In this document: positions 54,157-63,702 of the stretch, one piece after another
Numbering within the stretch: position 1 is the stretch's first letter
Layout: every line of letters begins with the position of its first letter
Assembly: GCA_964406075.1 (NCBI GenBank)
Contig: CAYOQI010000001.1
Location: 69,015 to 133,014 of the forward strand
Reading direction: 5' to 3'
DNA: 64,000 bases
From: an uncultured Pseudomonadales bacterium
GTDB lineage: Bacteria > Patescibacteriota > Microgenomatia > UBA1400 > PJMF01
The notes under the pieces: generated by a model
What the model was told of the DNA's origin: nothing
Database searches by the model: none
What the model saw: only the letters and a program-made list of their open reading frames with translations
Position numbers and translations under genes: made by a program

Positions 54157-55896
54157 CTATAGGCGAATAGTTTTAGTATTTAGATTTTTTAAAAAGTATA
54201 AAACTGACAAACTATATATTCCTAAACCAAGTAAGCTTAATAAATTCCCGACTTTTCTCGGCAACGTATCTTCACTCCAAAAACTTTCAACTTGATATTT
54301 CCCTGGAGCTAAAATGTATGTCACCCGACCAGGTAAATCTTTTGAATCAATAATTTCTCTTTCCTCTCCGTTGATAATGACCTTCCATCCAGGAAAAATC
54401 ATAGTTTTTTCAATCACTTCAATTTCTTGCGCTGTATCGATTTGATACACCTTCTTACTTCCAGTCCAAGCATTAATGTTTACTGTAACACCATTTAATT
54501 CAGATGAAAGTTGAGTTAGTAAATCGCTCGGTTTACGAAAGGTGATTTTTTCAGCATATTCATAATTTTTATGTTGGTCAAAAGACTTGGGCATGAACTC
54601 TTCCGAAGCGTCTGCAGTTTTCCCATACTCTCTCCAATCATGATCAGAGTTTGAGATATATGAAATAGGTTTTGCCCAAAATAATGAAACAGAAATAATC
54701 CAGATCCATGATAACAAAAAGAAAATGATAAATAGTATTGATCGTTTCGATGAAAAGTATTTACTATTTAAAGTTAGGAACAATGGCAAGCTGACGAGAA
54801 TAACTTGTAATAATCGCCACGGGAACTGGATAAACTTCAAAAAAGGCAATGCATCCCAAATAAAACGTGAGTATTCAGTCATTAAAAACACACTAACCAC
54901 TGTTGAGAATAATAAATACAGTTCTCTTTTCTGAAAAGTTTTTTTACTGAATATTTTTAAAGCAACAACAATAACAACAAGGAACAAAATTGGACCAATC
55001 ATGTTGGTGAATTTTTCACTGGTATCTCCATTCATCCCACCATAGTTCCAGTTTGACCAAATTATTCTCTCGAAAGGGACAAACGCCCGTTGGAAATTTG
55101 TGACTGAAGCATCATCAGCCAAGCGGATCAGATTTTTTTCGAACGCTAATGGAAAATAGAAAAAAGATACGAATAAACAACTGAGGACAAATGCACCAAT
55201 CAACGGTTTAATTAGTCTTCTCCCGCCATCTTTCGAAATTCCGTAGAAAAAAATAAATGGTAAAAAAAGGAGACTTAAAAATTGATGTGAAAGTAACATC
55301 ACCGTGAGAATAGGGATGAACACCATCAACCATCTTTGATCTTTTGTTTTTATAAAAAGTTCTAATAAAAAAATTACCCAAGGTATTGCGGCAAAAAAAG
55401 TAACTTCACCCACAGCACCACGAACAAAAATATTGAGTAGAAAATACGGTGCAGTCAGCACTAAGCCAGTTAACGTTATTGCAAAAGCTTTCTGTCTTGA
55501 ATGAAAAAAGATGAGTAAGTACCAACCAATTCCTGTTAGGAACACACTCGAAACAGTCACCAGATTTAAACTTTGTTCAACACTAAAAAATGTGGCGTAA
55601 AAAAATGTTGCGACTAGATATGGAAAATGATAGTTATACAAAAAAATTGGGTATCCAAATCCATAGTTGAGATTCGGAGCCCATCTTGGTGGAAACTGCC
55701 CTTGCTTGATAGCTAAATAATAATTTGCAAGTCTGGCTCCATGAAGCTCAGCATCATTTGTACGCGGAAGTTCAAGTGAAAATAATGTACGCGAGATCAC
55801 CAGACACAACACAAGTAATACTAGCACCGGTAAAATGTGTAATTTGACAAGTGAATAAAAAGGAGAAAGTGAGTAATTTTTCATCAGGCGACCCAA
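54157..55896 (-). CDS. Large polytopic membrane protein resembling the COG5617/PTPS-related membrane family (GT-C-like); paralog of 58547..60181
   Basis: It has the N-terminal NDAELHGARLANYYLAIKQGQFPPRWAPNLNYGFGYPIFLYNYHFPY, about 13 TM segments, and a soluble C-terminal domain followed by a final TM. Confidence 0.5.
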   Translation of the reverse strand: MGRLMKNYSLSPFYSLVKLHILPVLVLLVLCLVISRTLFSLELPRTNDAELHGARLANYYLAIKQGQFPPRWAPNLNYGFGYPIFLYNYHFPYLVATFFYATFFSVEQSLNLVTVSSVFLTGIGWYLLIFFHSRQKAFAITLTGLVLTAPYFLLNIFVRGAVGEVTFFAAIPWVIFLLELFIKTKDQRWLMVFIPILTVMLLSHQFLSLLFLPFIFFYGISKDGGRRLIKPLIGAFVLSCLFVSFFYFPLAFEKNLIRLADDASVTNFQRAFVPFERIIWSNWNYGGMNGDTSEKFTNMIGPILFLVVIVVALKIFSKKTFQKRELYLLFSTVVSVFLMTEYSRFIWDALPFLKFIQFPWRLLQVILVSLPLFLTLNSKYFSSKRSILFIIFFLLSWIWIISVSLFWAKPISYISNSDHDWREYGKTADASEEFMPKSFDQHKNYEYAEKITFRKPSDLLTQLSSELNGVTVNINAWTGSKKVYQIDTAQEIEVIEKTMIFPGWKVIINGEEREIIDSKDLPGRVTYILAPGKYQVESFWSEDTLPRKVGNLLSLLGLGIYSLSVLYFLKNLNTKTIRL

Positions 55897-57092
55897 TATC
55901 CTTGCAGGAAAAGAATGGTGTTTAAAAGTAACAAAATACTAGAAAAAAGCAGCCAACCATAGAAGAAAATCCTTCTTTGTAACAAGTGAGTGAGGACAAC
56001 AAAAAGCGGAATACACACTAAAACGTACCGTGGCATACTTGAAAATGTTCCAGTTAAGGTTGGAAGTAAATATGCCCCCCCACTGAAAAACAGCTCTCCC
56101 CAACTTATTTTGTATTGATGTCTTTTAACTGCACCTATTCCCCATAATGATAAAAATAAGAAGCTTACAGCCGTCTCTTGTGCATACGCGAAATACTTCC
56201 AATCATCTCTTTCTACCGTGTGTAAAATTTTTACTGCTCTCCAAAATACTTGAGGTAAGGTTATAAATTTTGTTTCTCTCCCCGCTCCGAATTCATCTTG
56301 GACATGAAAAAAGGCTAGTGGATCTTGGTATCTCATTTGCAAAAAGAACATATATCCTAGTAAACCGAATGATCCTAAAGAAATAATGATGATTTTCTTC
56401 CAATCTTTTTGTATAAAAAGTGAAAAACTTTTTACGAGTGGTTTAAAAGAGATGAAAAATCGGTGAGGTAGTTGTGCGTATTGCTCTACCCATAAATTGA
56501 TGAGTACTGCAGGAATTAGCAAAATCCCTATGAGACGAGATGATGAAGCAAAAAGAATGGAAATAGCAACGCCAATCCAGTTTTTTTTTCGTGCAAAGTA
56601 CCATGTCAGCATAAACCAAACGAGAAAAAAACTTTCAGAATATATTGCTGCAAAGAAAAATGATGTTGGAAATAAAAGTAATACCGCGACATTTTTCCAA
56701 GCAAATTTTTCATCATACTTTTTATTCATCTCAGAAAACCAAATGAATAAGAAAATTGTGAAGCTGATGAACGAAATAGTAACTCCACCAACAAGAGGTT
56801 TAAGTCCAAAGAGCAGAGAAAAATATCCCAAAAATAGTGGAAACAGTGGGAAGAAAGCTTGAACTAAGCCAATCCCCCAGTATCCAACACTAGTGATGGT
56901 GAGGTAATGTGTTCCATCAAAATTTGCCCAGCTATACAGCCATTTTGGCGTTTCTGAATTGAGAAGAACTTGCTCAACATAAGGGAACGAGGGATCATAA
57001 GGAAATACATAGTCTGAGTGCATTGAAACTAAAAATAATGCCTCTCGCCATGAAACCATCAGCAGAAATAAAACCAGTAGGTTTTTTTTCAT
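55884..57092 (-). CDS. Polytopic membrane mannosyltransferase-like protein (PIG-V/GT76-like GT-C)
   Basis: It has the motif WANFDGTHYLTITSVGYW (the W..wD..hYl.Ia..GY pattern). It is 402 aa and polytopic. Confidence 0.5.
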   Translation of the reverse strand: MKKNLLVLFLLMVSWREALFLVSMHSDYVFPYDPSFPYVEQVLLNSETPKWLYSWANFDGTHYLTITSVGYWGIGLVQAFFPLFPLFLGYFSLLFGLKPLVGGVTISFISFTIFLFIWFSEMNKKYDEKFAWKNVAVLLLFPTSFFFAAIYSESFFLVWFMLTWYFARKKNWIGVAISILFASSSRLIGILLIPAVLINLWVEQYAQLPHRFFISFKPLVKSFSLFIQKDWKKIIIISLGSFGLLGYMFFLQMRYQDPLAFFHVQDEFGAGRETKFITLPQVFWRAVKILHTVERDDWKYFAYAQETAVSFLFLSLWGIGAVKRHQYKISWGELFFSGGAYLLPTLTGTFSSMPRYVLVCIPLFVVLTHLLQRRIFFYGWLLFSSILLLLNTILFLQGYWVA

Positions 57093-57101
57093 AAAACTTC
57101 T

Positions 57102-58553
57102 TTATTTGACCACAACTTTTGGTAAGAAGTACTCATCGTCTATCCAGTATTCGGTCATCTCAAAATTGAAAACTATGAACATATTAATAATCAACAGTAC
57201 ACCAACTAATGCCAGAAGTGCTTTCTGTGCATACTTTAAATTATTCGGGAAAAGAATTGACAAACCCAACGGGATTCCTCCAACGAGAATAATTAATCGA
57301 ATGAAAAGCGGACTTAGATCCAGTGGAACATGAGACTGAAGTATTTTTATTACAGGTAACACAAACAGCCAGAATAACCAAAAAGTGACAAATTTTTTCT
57401 GTTCAAACAACTCATGAAGCCACCAACTTAAAAAGATGGCAAAGAATGGGAAGAGTGAGTAAACATACCAACCATGAAAAGTCTTTTCACCAACTGATAA
57501 AGCAATAAAAAGTAGCTGGGATAAAGTAACAATTTTAGAGTAGAGCAAATTTTTAGAATTTCCTGAATGAACAGCAAAAATAGCGAATAGTGCAACGATC
57601 ATCCACCCATCAACAAGTAACCTATTCACCACAGCTGGATGTAGAAAAAACCTATTTTGAAGTGTTGCTAAACCAATATCTCTGGCCGATTGCTCGGTAA
57701 AAATAGAAACGAAAATTCCCCAATCATATACGTATCCATAGAGCATGAATAAAATGACTCCAACACATGTGCCAATTGTTCCCGCGACTGCAAGCTTATA
57801 TTTCCTTTGCATAAGAGCATATAAAATAATTGTGAATGGAAGCATGATTCCGGAGATTTTGGTGAGAATTGCGAGTGCTGATATAAGTGAAATGATAACT
57901 AACAAAACGCTTTGATTTTTAATGAACACTTTGTTTTTTCTTTGAAAGAGAGAAACGATTTTATTTATGAAACTCTTGTCTAAACCCTGATCGTATTGCA
58001 TAAATTTGAGAATGCAGATTCCCACAATCAAAAACCACATCGTTAAAACGTTTTCAGATACAACTAATCTGCTGCCAAATACCCAGGTGGGAACAGTCGC
58101 AAATAATGCCAGCGCAAGCAATTTTTTAAATTTATTGTCGGAAAGAAGATGAAGATATACTGCAAGCAAAATAAAATTTACACCCGCTAAAACAATCATC
58201 GGAAAACGAATGACTTTTAGTGAGGCGGCTTCTTCCCAAGAATGCCCGGCTAAAGTATGTGTGAGCCCAGGAACTAGTGAGAATAGCGGTGGATGATCTA
58301 ATGATGGTCTTACAATTGGGTAGTTCTGACCGGCCAAATCCATCTCTCTGAACGGTTTGTAACTTTTAAAATATGACCATGAAATTGGTTCACCTTCTTG
58401 AATCAAACTTGCTCCCAGCATTGTCCACGCATACTCATCCCGAGTTTCTCCACCAACAGGAAATTCTGCATAACGATGAAATCGAAGTACTAAACTTAGT
58501 ACTAATAAAATTCCAACAATCAAAAAATAAGGAGTGAAAAGCTTTTTTACCAT
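57102..58553 (-). CDS. GT-C membrane glycosyltransferase, family 39/ArnT-like
   Basis: It has the first loop FPVGGETRDEYAWTMLGASLIQEGEP. It is 483 aa and polytopic. Confidence 0.65.
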   Translation of the reverse strand: MVKKLFTPYFLIVGILLVLSLVLRFHRYAEFPVGGETRDEYAWTMLGASLIQEGEPISWSYFKSYKPFREMDLAGQNYPIVRPSLDHPPLFSLVPGLTHTLAGHSWEEAASLKVIRFPMIVLAGVNFILLAVYLHLLSDNKFKKLLALALFATVPTWVFGSRLVVSENVLTMWFLIVGICILKFMQYDQGLDKSFINKIVSLFQRKNKVFIKNQSVLLVIISLISALAILTKISGIMLPFTIILYALMQRKYKLAVAGTIGTCVGVILFMLYGYVYDWGIFVSIFTEQSARDIGLATLQNRFFLHPAVVNRLLVDGWMIVALFAIFAVHSGNSKNLLYSKIVTLSQLLFIALSVGEKTFHGWYVYSLFPFFAIFLSWWLHELFEQKKFVTFWLFWLFVLPVIKILQSHVPLDLSPLFIRLIILVGGIPLGLSILFPNNLKYAQKALLALVGVLLIINMFIVFNFEMTEYWIDDEYFLPKVVVK

Positions 58554-60181
58554 GTGAACTTTCGTTTGAGCATAAGGATAAATAAAATCAGAAGTCCGAT
58601 AAAGCTAATACTATTCCCAAGTAATCTTGCTGGAGTTCGTTGGGTAAAAACAGTTTGAATGGTATGACTACCGGCTGGTAAAATATAACTAATTCTACCT
58701 TTGATATCTTCAGAATTTTCATAACTAACTTTTGATCGAACACCATCAGTGGAAACATGTGTTTCCCAACCCAAAAAGTTCATCGTTGGTTCAACGACAA
58801 GTACTTCAGTAGTGGCATTAATCGTATACTTTTTTACTGTACCGTTCCAAGTATTTACCGTTATCTCCCCTTCTCCGCGTAAAACTTGAGGTGAAGGTTT
58901 CCAATCACTAATGTCTGAATAGGTAAATGTTTTTGCTACATTTTCATTTTGGGTAGAGCTACTTTGACCTGTTTTGTCGTAAAAACTTTTATCATTGTGG
59001 AAATATCCGATTGGTTTTTGACGAAAAAGAATTAAACACTGAATCAGAATAATGATACTCAAAAAAATTCGTAAAGAATTTGAGGTGTTTTTCCAGACAA
59101 ATGCACCTATACATGAAATAAAAAGCGTTGAAAAAATATGTAATCGCCATGGAAACTGCAAAATTTTGAGGAAAGTAAATGTTTCCCAAAAGATAGAAGA
59201 AATGACAACTGTTCCAAAAAGAGTAGCAAAGATGATGATCAAAAAAGAAAACTCCATTTTTTGAGATGTGATCAATCTTTTTTCTTTTATAAAAAGTATT
59301 ACTCCAAATAAGAAAATCATGATCAGTGGTAATCCAATTTGTAATGAAAGTGAATCGATAAATCCTGGAAACGAAAAACCAAAAGTGAGTGGACTAAAAA
59401 GTAACTGCCCGAAGTTTAAAAAGTGTTGAGAGAATTGACTAACCAGTGAAGCATTGCTTACAACAACCTGAGACTGTTCAAAGATTGCTGGAATCCAAAA
59501 CCACGTCACTAATGTTGTTGATACGACTATGTTTTTTAACAGTGTTATCCAGTGAGCTTTCTCTTTGCCAAATAATATCACTCCAAATAGCAAAAAGATT
59601 GGAATACTGAATACTACTGTCAGGTTATGTGATAAAGCAAAAAGTGTTAAAAATACAATAAAAGAGAGTGAAATTCCTTGATAATTTTTCAATCTTACTA
59701 ATGACCAAAGCACCCATGGCATCAAAGCAATTGCCATCAGTTCACCAATATTCCCACGATACACAATCGTAGAAAATAGGAATGGAGAGGTTGCAAAAAG
59801 AGAAAGCGCAAACAGCGAAGATATGTAGTCATACTTCATTACTCGAGCCAATGAGTAGACTCCAATCATGCCTGTGACTGTGAAAAAGCCAAAAAGTATT
59901 TTCAAAGTTAACTCAGGATGAAGTTTTAAAATACTGAAAGGAACTGAGAGAATGTTGGTTAAAGGATAGTTGTAGTTAAAAACAGGGTACCCATAACCAT
60001 TTAGTAAATTCGGTGCAAAACGTGGTGGGATTTGCCCTTCTTTTAAGGCTATACGGTAATTTGCAATTCGAAATAAATGATTCTGCGCATCATGAGTGAC
60101 GGGGAAATCAGTACCAATGAATGGATATAAATGAAGCAGTGAAAGCAAACTCACCAAAATAATAAGAAATACTTTCTTCAT
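58547..60181 (-). CDS. Large polytopic membrane protein, COG5617/PTPS-related-like; paralog of 54157..55896
   Basis: It has the N-terminal THDAQNHLFRIANYRIALKEGQIPPRFAPNLLNGYGYPVFNYNYPL and the same C-terminal architecture as the paralog (..WNGT.KKY.I... then PGWE/PGWK). Confidence 0.5.
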   Translation of the reverse strand: MKKVFLIILVSLLSLLHLYPFIGTDFPVTHDAQNHLFRIANYRIALKEGQIPPRFAPNLLNGYGYPVFNYNYPLTNILSVPFSILKLHPELTLKILFGFFTVTGMIGVYSLARVMKYDYISSLFALSLFATSPFLFSTIVYRGNIGELMAIALMPWVLWSLVRLKNYQGISLSFIVFLTLFALSHNLTVVFSIPIFLLFGVILFGKEKAHWITLLKNIVVSTTLVTWFWIPAIFEQSQVVVSNASLVSQFSQHFLNFGQLLFSPLTFGFSFPGFIDSLSLQIGLPLIMIFLFGVILFIKEKRLITSQKMEFSFLIIIFATLFGTVVISSIFWETFTFLKILQFPWRLHIFSTLFISCIGAFVWKNTSNSLRIFLSIIILIQCLILFRQKPIGYFHNDKSFYDKTGQSSSTQNENVAKTFTYSDISDWKPSPQVLRGEGEITVNTWNGTVKKYTINATTEVLVVEPTMNFLGWETHVSTDGVRSKVSYENSEDIKGRISYILPAGSHTIQTVFTQRTPARLLGNSISFIGLLILFILMLKRKFTW

Positions 60182-61218
60182 GATAAATTTAGTACTTTTT
60201 TATAAACCGTCATTGTTTTTTCAGCAGTTTTTTGCCAGGAAAACTGTTTTGACCATAGATGCGCTTTTTCAGTTAGCTGCTTTTTTTCAGTTTGTGAAAG
60301 TTTCAATACTTTTTGTACACCTTCAGCAATTGATTCAGCAGTAGTATCTACATATTTCACACAACTCCCTCCGACTTCAATCAAGGAAGAATTTTGTGCA
60401 CTTACTACGAGCGTTTTAGTTTGCATTGCCTCTAATACAGGTAACCCAAATCCTTCTGCAAGTGAAGGCTGAACGTATGCAGTCGCTCCAGAATAAATAG
60501 CAGATAAATCCGAAGTCGCATCAGATCCTAAATCAGTAATGAATGTAGTTCTTCCTAGTACAGTTTGTACCATTGATTCAATTGCATGCCATTCTGGAAT
60601 ATCTTGAGGTTTAAAGTTTTTCCCTACACACACGAGTGAAAGTTCTTCGGGTAAAAACTTCAGTGCTGAAATAAGTTCTGGCACATTTTTATTAAAGTTA
60701 ATATCTCCCACGTAAAGAATATATTTTTGAGGTAATCCATATTTCGTTTTCACTTCTTGTTGTTTTGCAGTACTTACTTCAGTAATTTTCGGATTTCCGG
60801 CTAAGTACACCACATGGATCTTTTCTGAACTAATACCTAAATACTTTTCTATATCACGCTTAGATGCTTCAGAATCAGTAATAACTGCATCAATAAATCT
60901 CAATGCAGATTTTTGTCTAAAATGATTAAGAGTACCTTTTAATCCAGGTTTGTAGTGATCAGGAAATAACAGTGGGATTACATCATGTATTGTGACAACA
61001 CGTTTAAATGGTGATGACAATAAAATTGGTAAGGTAGGAAAAAATAAATCAAAATATGGGTAATGAATGAGATCAGGATTATCAGAAGCATTACTGACTA
61101 AATGAATATCAGAGAAGTTTTTTTGAGCGAACTGCTCTGTCAAAAATTTTGTATAGACACCGACTCCACGAATAGCATTCTCATTTTTTAATGGTGAAGT
61201 ATCTATCAGCACTTTCAT
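60178..61218 (-). CDS. Glycosyltransferase family 4 (GT-B)
   Basis: Motifs YILYVGDINFNKN and AEGFGLPVLEAMQ are present. Confidence 0.8.
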   Translation of the reverse strand: MKVLIDTSPLKNENAIRGVGVYTKFLTEQFAQKNFSDIHLVSNASDNPDLIHYPYFDLFFPTLPILLSSPFKRVVTIHDVIPLLFPDHYKPGLKGTLNHFRQKSALRFIDAVITDSEASKRDIEKYLGISSEKIHVVYLAGNPKITEVSTAKQQEVKTKYGLPQKYILYVGDINFNKNVPELISALKFLPEELSLVCVGKNFKPQDIPEWHAIESMVQTVLGRTTFITDLGSDATSDLSAIYSGATAYVQPSLAEGFGLPVLEAMQTKTLVVSAQNSSLIEVGGSCVKYVDTTAESIAEGVQKVLKLSQTEKKQLTEKAHLWSKQFSWQKTAEKTMTVYKKVLNLS

Positions 61219-61227
61219 ATAGTAAAG

Positions 61228-62052
61228 TTATTTCTTTTGAATTATTTCCCAATACTTTAAATAGGCAACCGCAAAGTGAAATCCGCTCATGAGAGCAAAA
61301 ATAAAACCTGATACACCATCAACATACCCTCTATGTCGAATAAATAGTGACGAAAATGTATACACAGGCTTAAAAAATAGAAAACGTAATGTTTCAGTAA
61401 AATTAATTTGCAATTTTTGTGCTTTAAACTCCTCAGTCCGAAAAGAGGTGTATGTATTCCACTTGCGAACATAATCGTTAAATGTTGGATTACTGTAGTG
61501 AAGCAGATGTCCTTCTGCCCATGATATGTTTCCTTGAACAACCATTTGTTCATGAACATCTTTCTGTGGCAGTTTCGCTTGACCATAGAGATACATACGA
61601 ATCACTGGATCAGGATATTGACCACCTTTGGTTAAAAATTTTCCGAGAAAACAATTCTTTCTTTGTATCCACCAAGCACTTGGCAAGTATACTTTTGAAG
61701 GATTTTCAATCCGTTTTGAAGCTGATAACCCAACTGTTTTCTTTACTTCTAAAACCCAGCTGTGAGTTTTGATAATAAATTTTTTCAACTCTTCATCTAC
61801 CACTTCATCTGCGTCTAACTGCAAAATCAAATCACCCTTGGCCTTATCCATGGCTAACTGTTTATTGATATGAAAATTACTTTTATTGGTAGTAGAGATA
61901 ACTTCAGCAGAAAAATGCTTTGCAATTTTTACAGTATCATCCGTTGATTCACCGTCCACAATCACTATTTGATCAGCGAAATCCTTAACTGATGATAAAC
62001 ACATTTTCAGATTTTTTTCTTCATTGTGTGTGGCGAGGACGACTGAAATCAT
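61228..62052 (-). CDS. Glycosyltransferase family 2
   Basis: Motifs SVVLATHNEEKNL, IVDGESTDDT and LQLDADE are present. Confidence 0.8.
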   Translation of the reverse strand: MISVVLATHNEEKNLKMCLSSVKDFADQIVIVDGESTDDTVKIAKHFSAEVISTTNKSNFHINKQLAMDKAKGDLILQLDADEVVDEELKKFIIKTHSWVLEVKKTVGLSASKRIENPSKVYLPSAWWIQRKNCFLGKFLTKGGQYPDPVIRMYLYGQAKLPQKDVHEQMVVQGNISWAEGHLLHYSNPTFNDYVRKWNTYTSFRTEEFKAQKLQINFTETLRFLFFKPVYTFSSLFIRHRGYVDGVSGFIFALMSGFHFAVAYLKYWEIIQKK

Positions 62053-62064
62053 ATATGAATTTTA

Positions 62065-63702
62065 TTATAGACTTTTTACATCCCAAGTCTCATTGTCAAT
62101 TTGAAATATCACCATACTCTCATCAAGAACGTCTTCTTCCTGTTTGTAAAAAGTATAGTTATTTACACTGAAACCATAGGTTAATCCTGCTTGATCTGGA
62201 AGATGTCTCAGAATCGAATTAAAAAACAATGATGCAGGTATTTTTTTGTACCATGCAACAGTCGTGTATAAATATCCTTCTGGGTCTATAACAGCTATCT
62301 TTTCTTCAGATAATGCCTGAGGTGATTTCAAAATCGCAGGTAACCCAACCATGAATTCTCTCGGATACGATTTAGCCCAAGTAACTTGTAAATCGTAGAA
62401 GTACTTAACTTGATACAGAGTAATCACACTGAAAAATAGAATAAGAAATTTAGAGAAGTTTAATTTAGGAATTATTTTTTCTAAAAAAGAAAGTGTACAG
62501 AAAAACCCATATACGGCTAAAAGTAGAATCATACATAAAAACAGTAAACTTCTTGTAGCATGAGGTGAATCAACTGTAATGATCGATGGTATTGGTGAGA
62601 GTAATGCAAACAGTAGTACGACGACTTTCCATCTCAAGACATCTGAATCATTCATAACATTTTTCTTTAGCAATACATATTTCCATGTATAAGTTATTAC
62701 TTCTTTAAGCAGCACAAGTACTCCTACATATCCCAGAGCTAAAACTGGTAAATATAGATGCCCATGATTTGGGACTGTATGCCAAGGATGAGACCCTCCA
62801 GAGAAAGCTAGAAATGGTGGAAGCCAAATGACAACATAATTTTTTACAATGAGTGAAGCTACAAAAACATGCTTACTTCCAAACAATGGCACAAGAAAAC
62901 TTGGCAATGACGATCGAAAAATAGGATATGCTGCAGTTGTTGTAGGATCAGAAAAAAGTGTGATGTTTCCTTTTTGGGTTGCAATTGAAAGTTGAGCATA
63001 CATTCCGATTACAAAAATAAAAGTGAGTAATCCCAAGCCAAAGATAGTAAATTTCTTTATGGGCCAATGAAAGATTAAGAAACAGAACATCAGTACCGGA
63101 AATAAAAGAAGTGGCGTATTATAGGTGAAACTAGCAATAAAATATAGAAATGCGCCAGCAACAAGATGTAAGATATTCGTCTTTTTTTGAAAAAGAAAAC
63201 AGATTGCACCGAGAAAAAATGCGAGTGAGAGATTGGCTTCCCAAGCCATTCTTGAGTAAAAGATTGCAAAGGGAGCAGTCGCAATGAACAACAACGAGAA
63301 AATGAAGTACTTCTTTTTTTCATCATCAGTTGTGGCAAATCTTTTTCCCAGGATTCCAAAAATTGCGACGATAAGTACACCGGCGATTGCACTCGGTAAT
63401 CGAACACTAAAATCATTTTGACCGAAAACTCTAAAAAAAGGTAACAAGGTATACACGTATCCAGGAAGTTTGTAATCTCCAAATGAGCGAAATTGAATTG
63501 GCCAACTTTCTCCCCATTCATCTTTTCCAGCTTCGAGTAATAACTTTGCATTGTAGGCTAAAGCTGCTTCATCCCGATTTAAAATAGGTGGTACGTGAGT
63601 GATGTTGAAAAAACGAAGAAAAATTGCCAAAAGTACAACACCTACTAAGCCGAATTGGAAATATGTGGAACTCGAAGTGTTCTTTTTATTGACCATATTC
63701 AC
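62065..63702 (-). CDS. GT-C membrane glycosyltransferase, family 39/ArnT-like
   Basis: It has the first loop PPILNRDEAALAYNAKLLLEAGKDEWG. It is 545 aa and polytopic, with a soluble C-terminal domain. Confidence 0.65.
   Translation of the reverse strand: MNMVNKKNTSSSTYFQFGLVGVVLLAIFLRFFNITHVPPILNRDEAALAYNAKLLLEAGKDEWGESWPIQFRSFGDYKLPGYVYTLLPFFRVFGQNDFSVRLPSAIAGVLIVAIFGILGKRFATTDDEKKKYFIFSLLFIATAPFAIFYSRMAWEANLSLAFFLGAICFLFQKKTNILHLVAGAFLYFIASFTYNTPLLLFPVLMFCFLIFHWPIKKFTIFGLGLLTFIFVIGMYAQLSIATQKGNITLFSDPTTTAAYPIFRSSLPSFLVPLFGSKHVFVASLIVKNYVVIWLPPFLAFSGGSHPWHTVPNHGHLYLPVLALGYVGVLVLLKEVITYTWKYVLLKKNVMNDSDVLRWKVVVLLFALLSPIPSIITVDSPHATRSLLFLCMILLLAVYGFFCTLSFLEKIIPKLNFSKFLILFFSVITLYQVKYFYDLQVTWAKSYPREFMVGLPAILKSPQALSEEKIAVIDPEGYLYTTVAWYKKIPASLFFNSILRHLPDQAGLTYGFSVNNYTFYKQEEDVLDESMVIFQIDNETWDVKSL

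Noticed and set aside
1325-63551. Many 60-150-aa ORFs in the supplied track lie inside longer ORFs, on the opposite strand or in another frame. Examples are 1325-1549, 2335-2655, 2552-2926, 7067-7379, 15635-15933, 21508-21849, 30860-31243, 35052-35351, 43972-44244, 47003-47362, 56497-56862 and 63090-63551.
   Set aside because: Each is fully nested in a longer ORF that has recognisable family motifs. Their translations are low-complexity or Cys/His/Ser-rich, as expected for antisense reading of AT-rich coding DNA. None has independent support.
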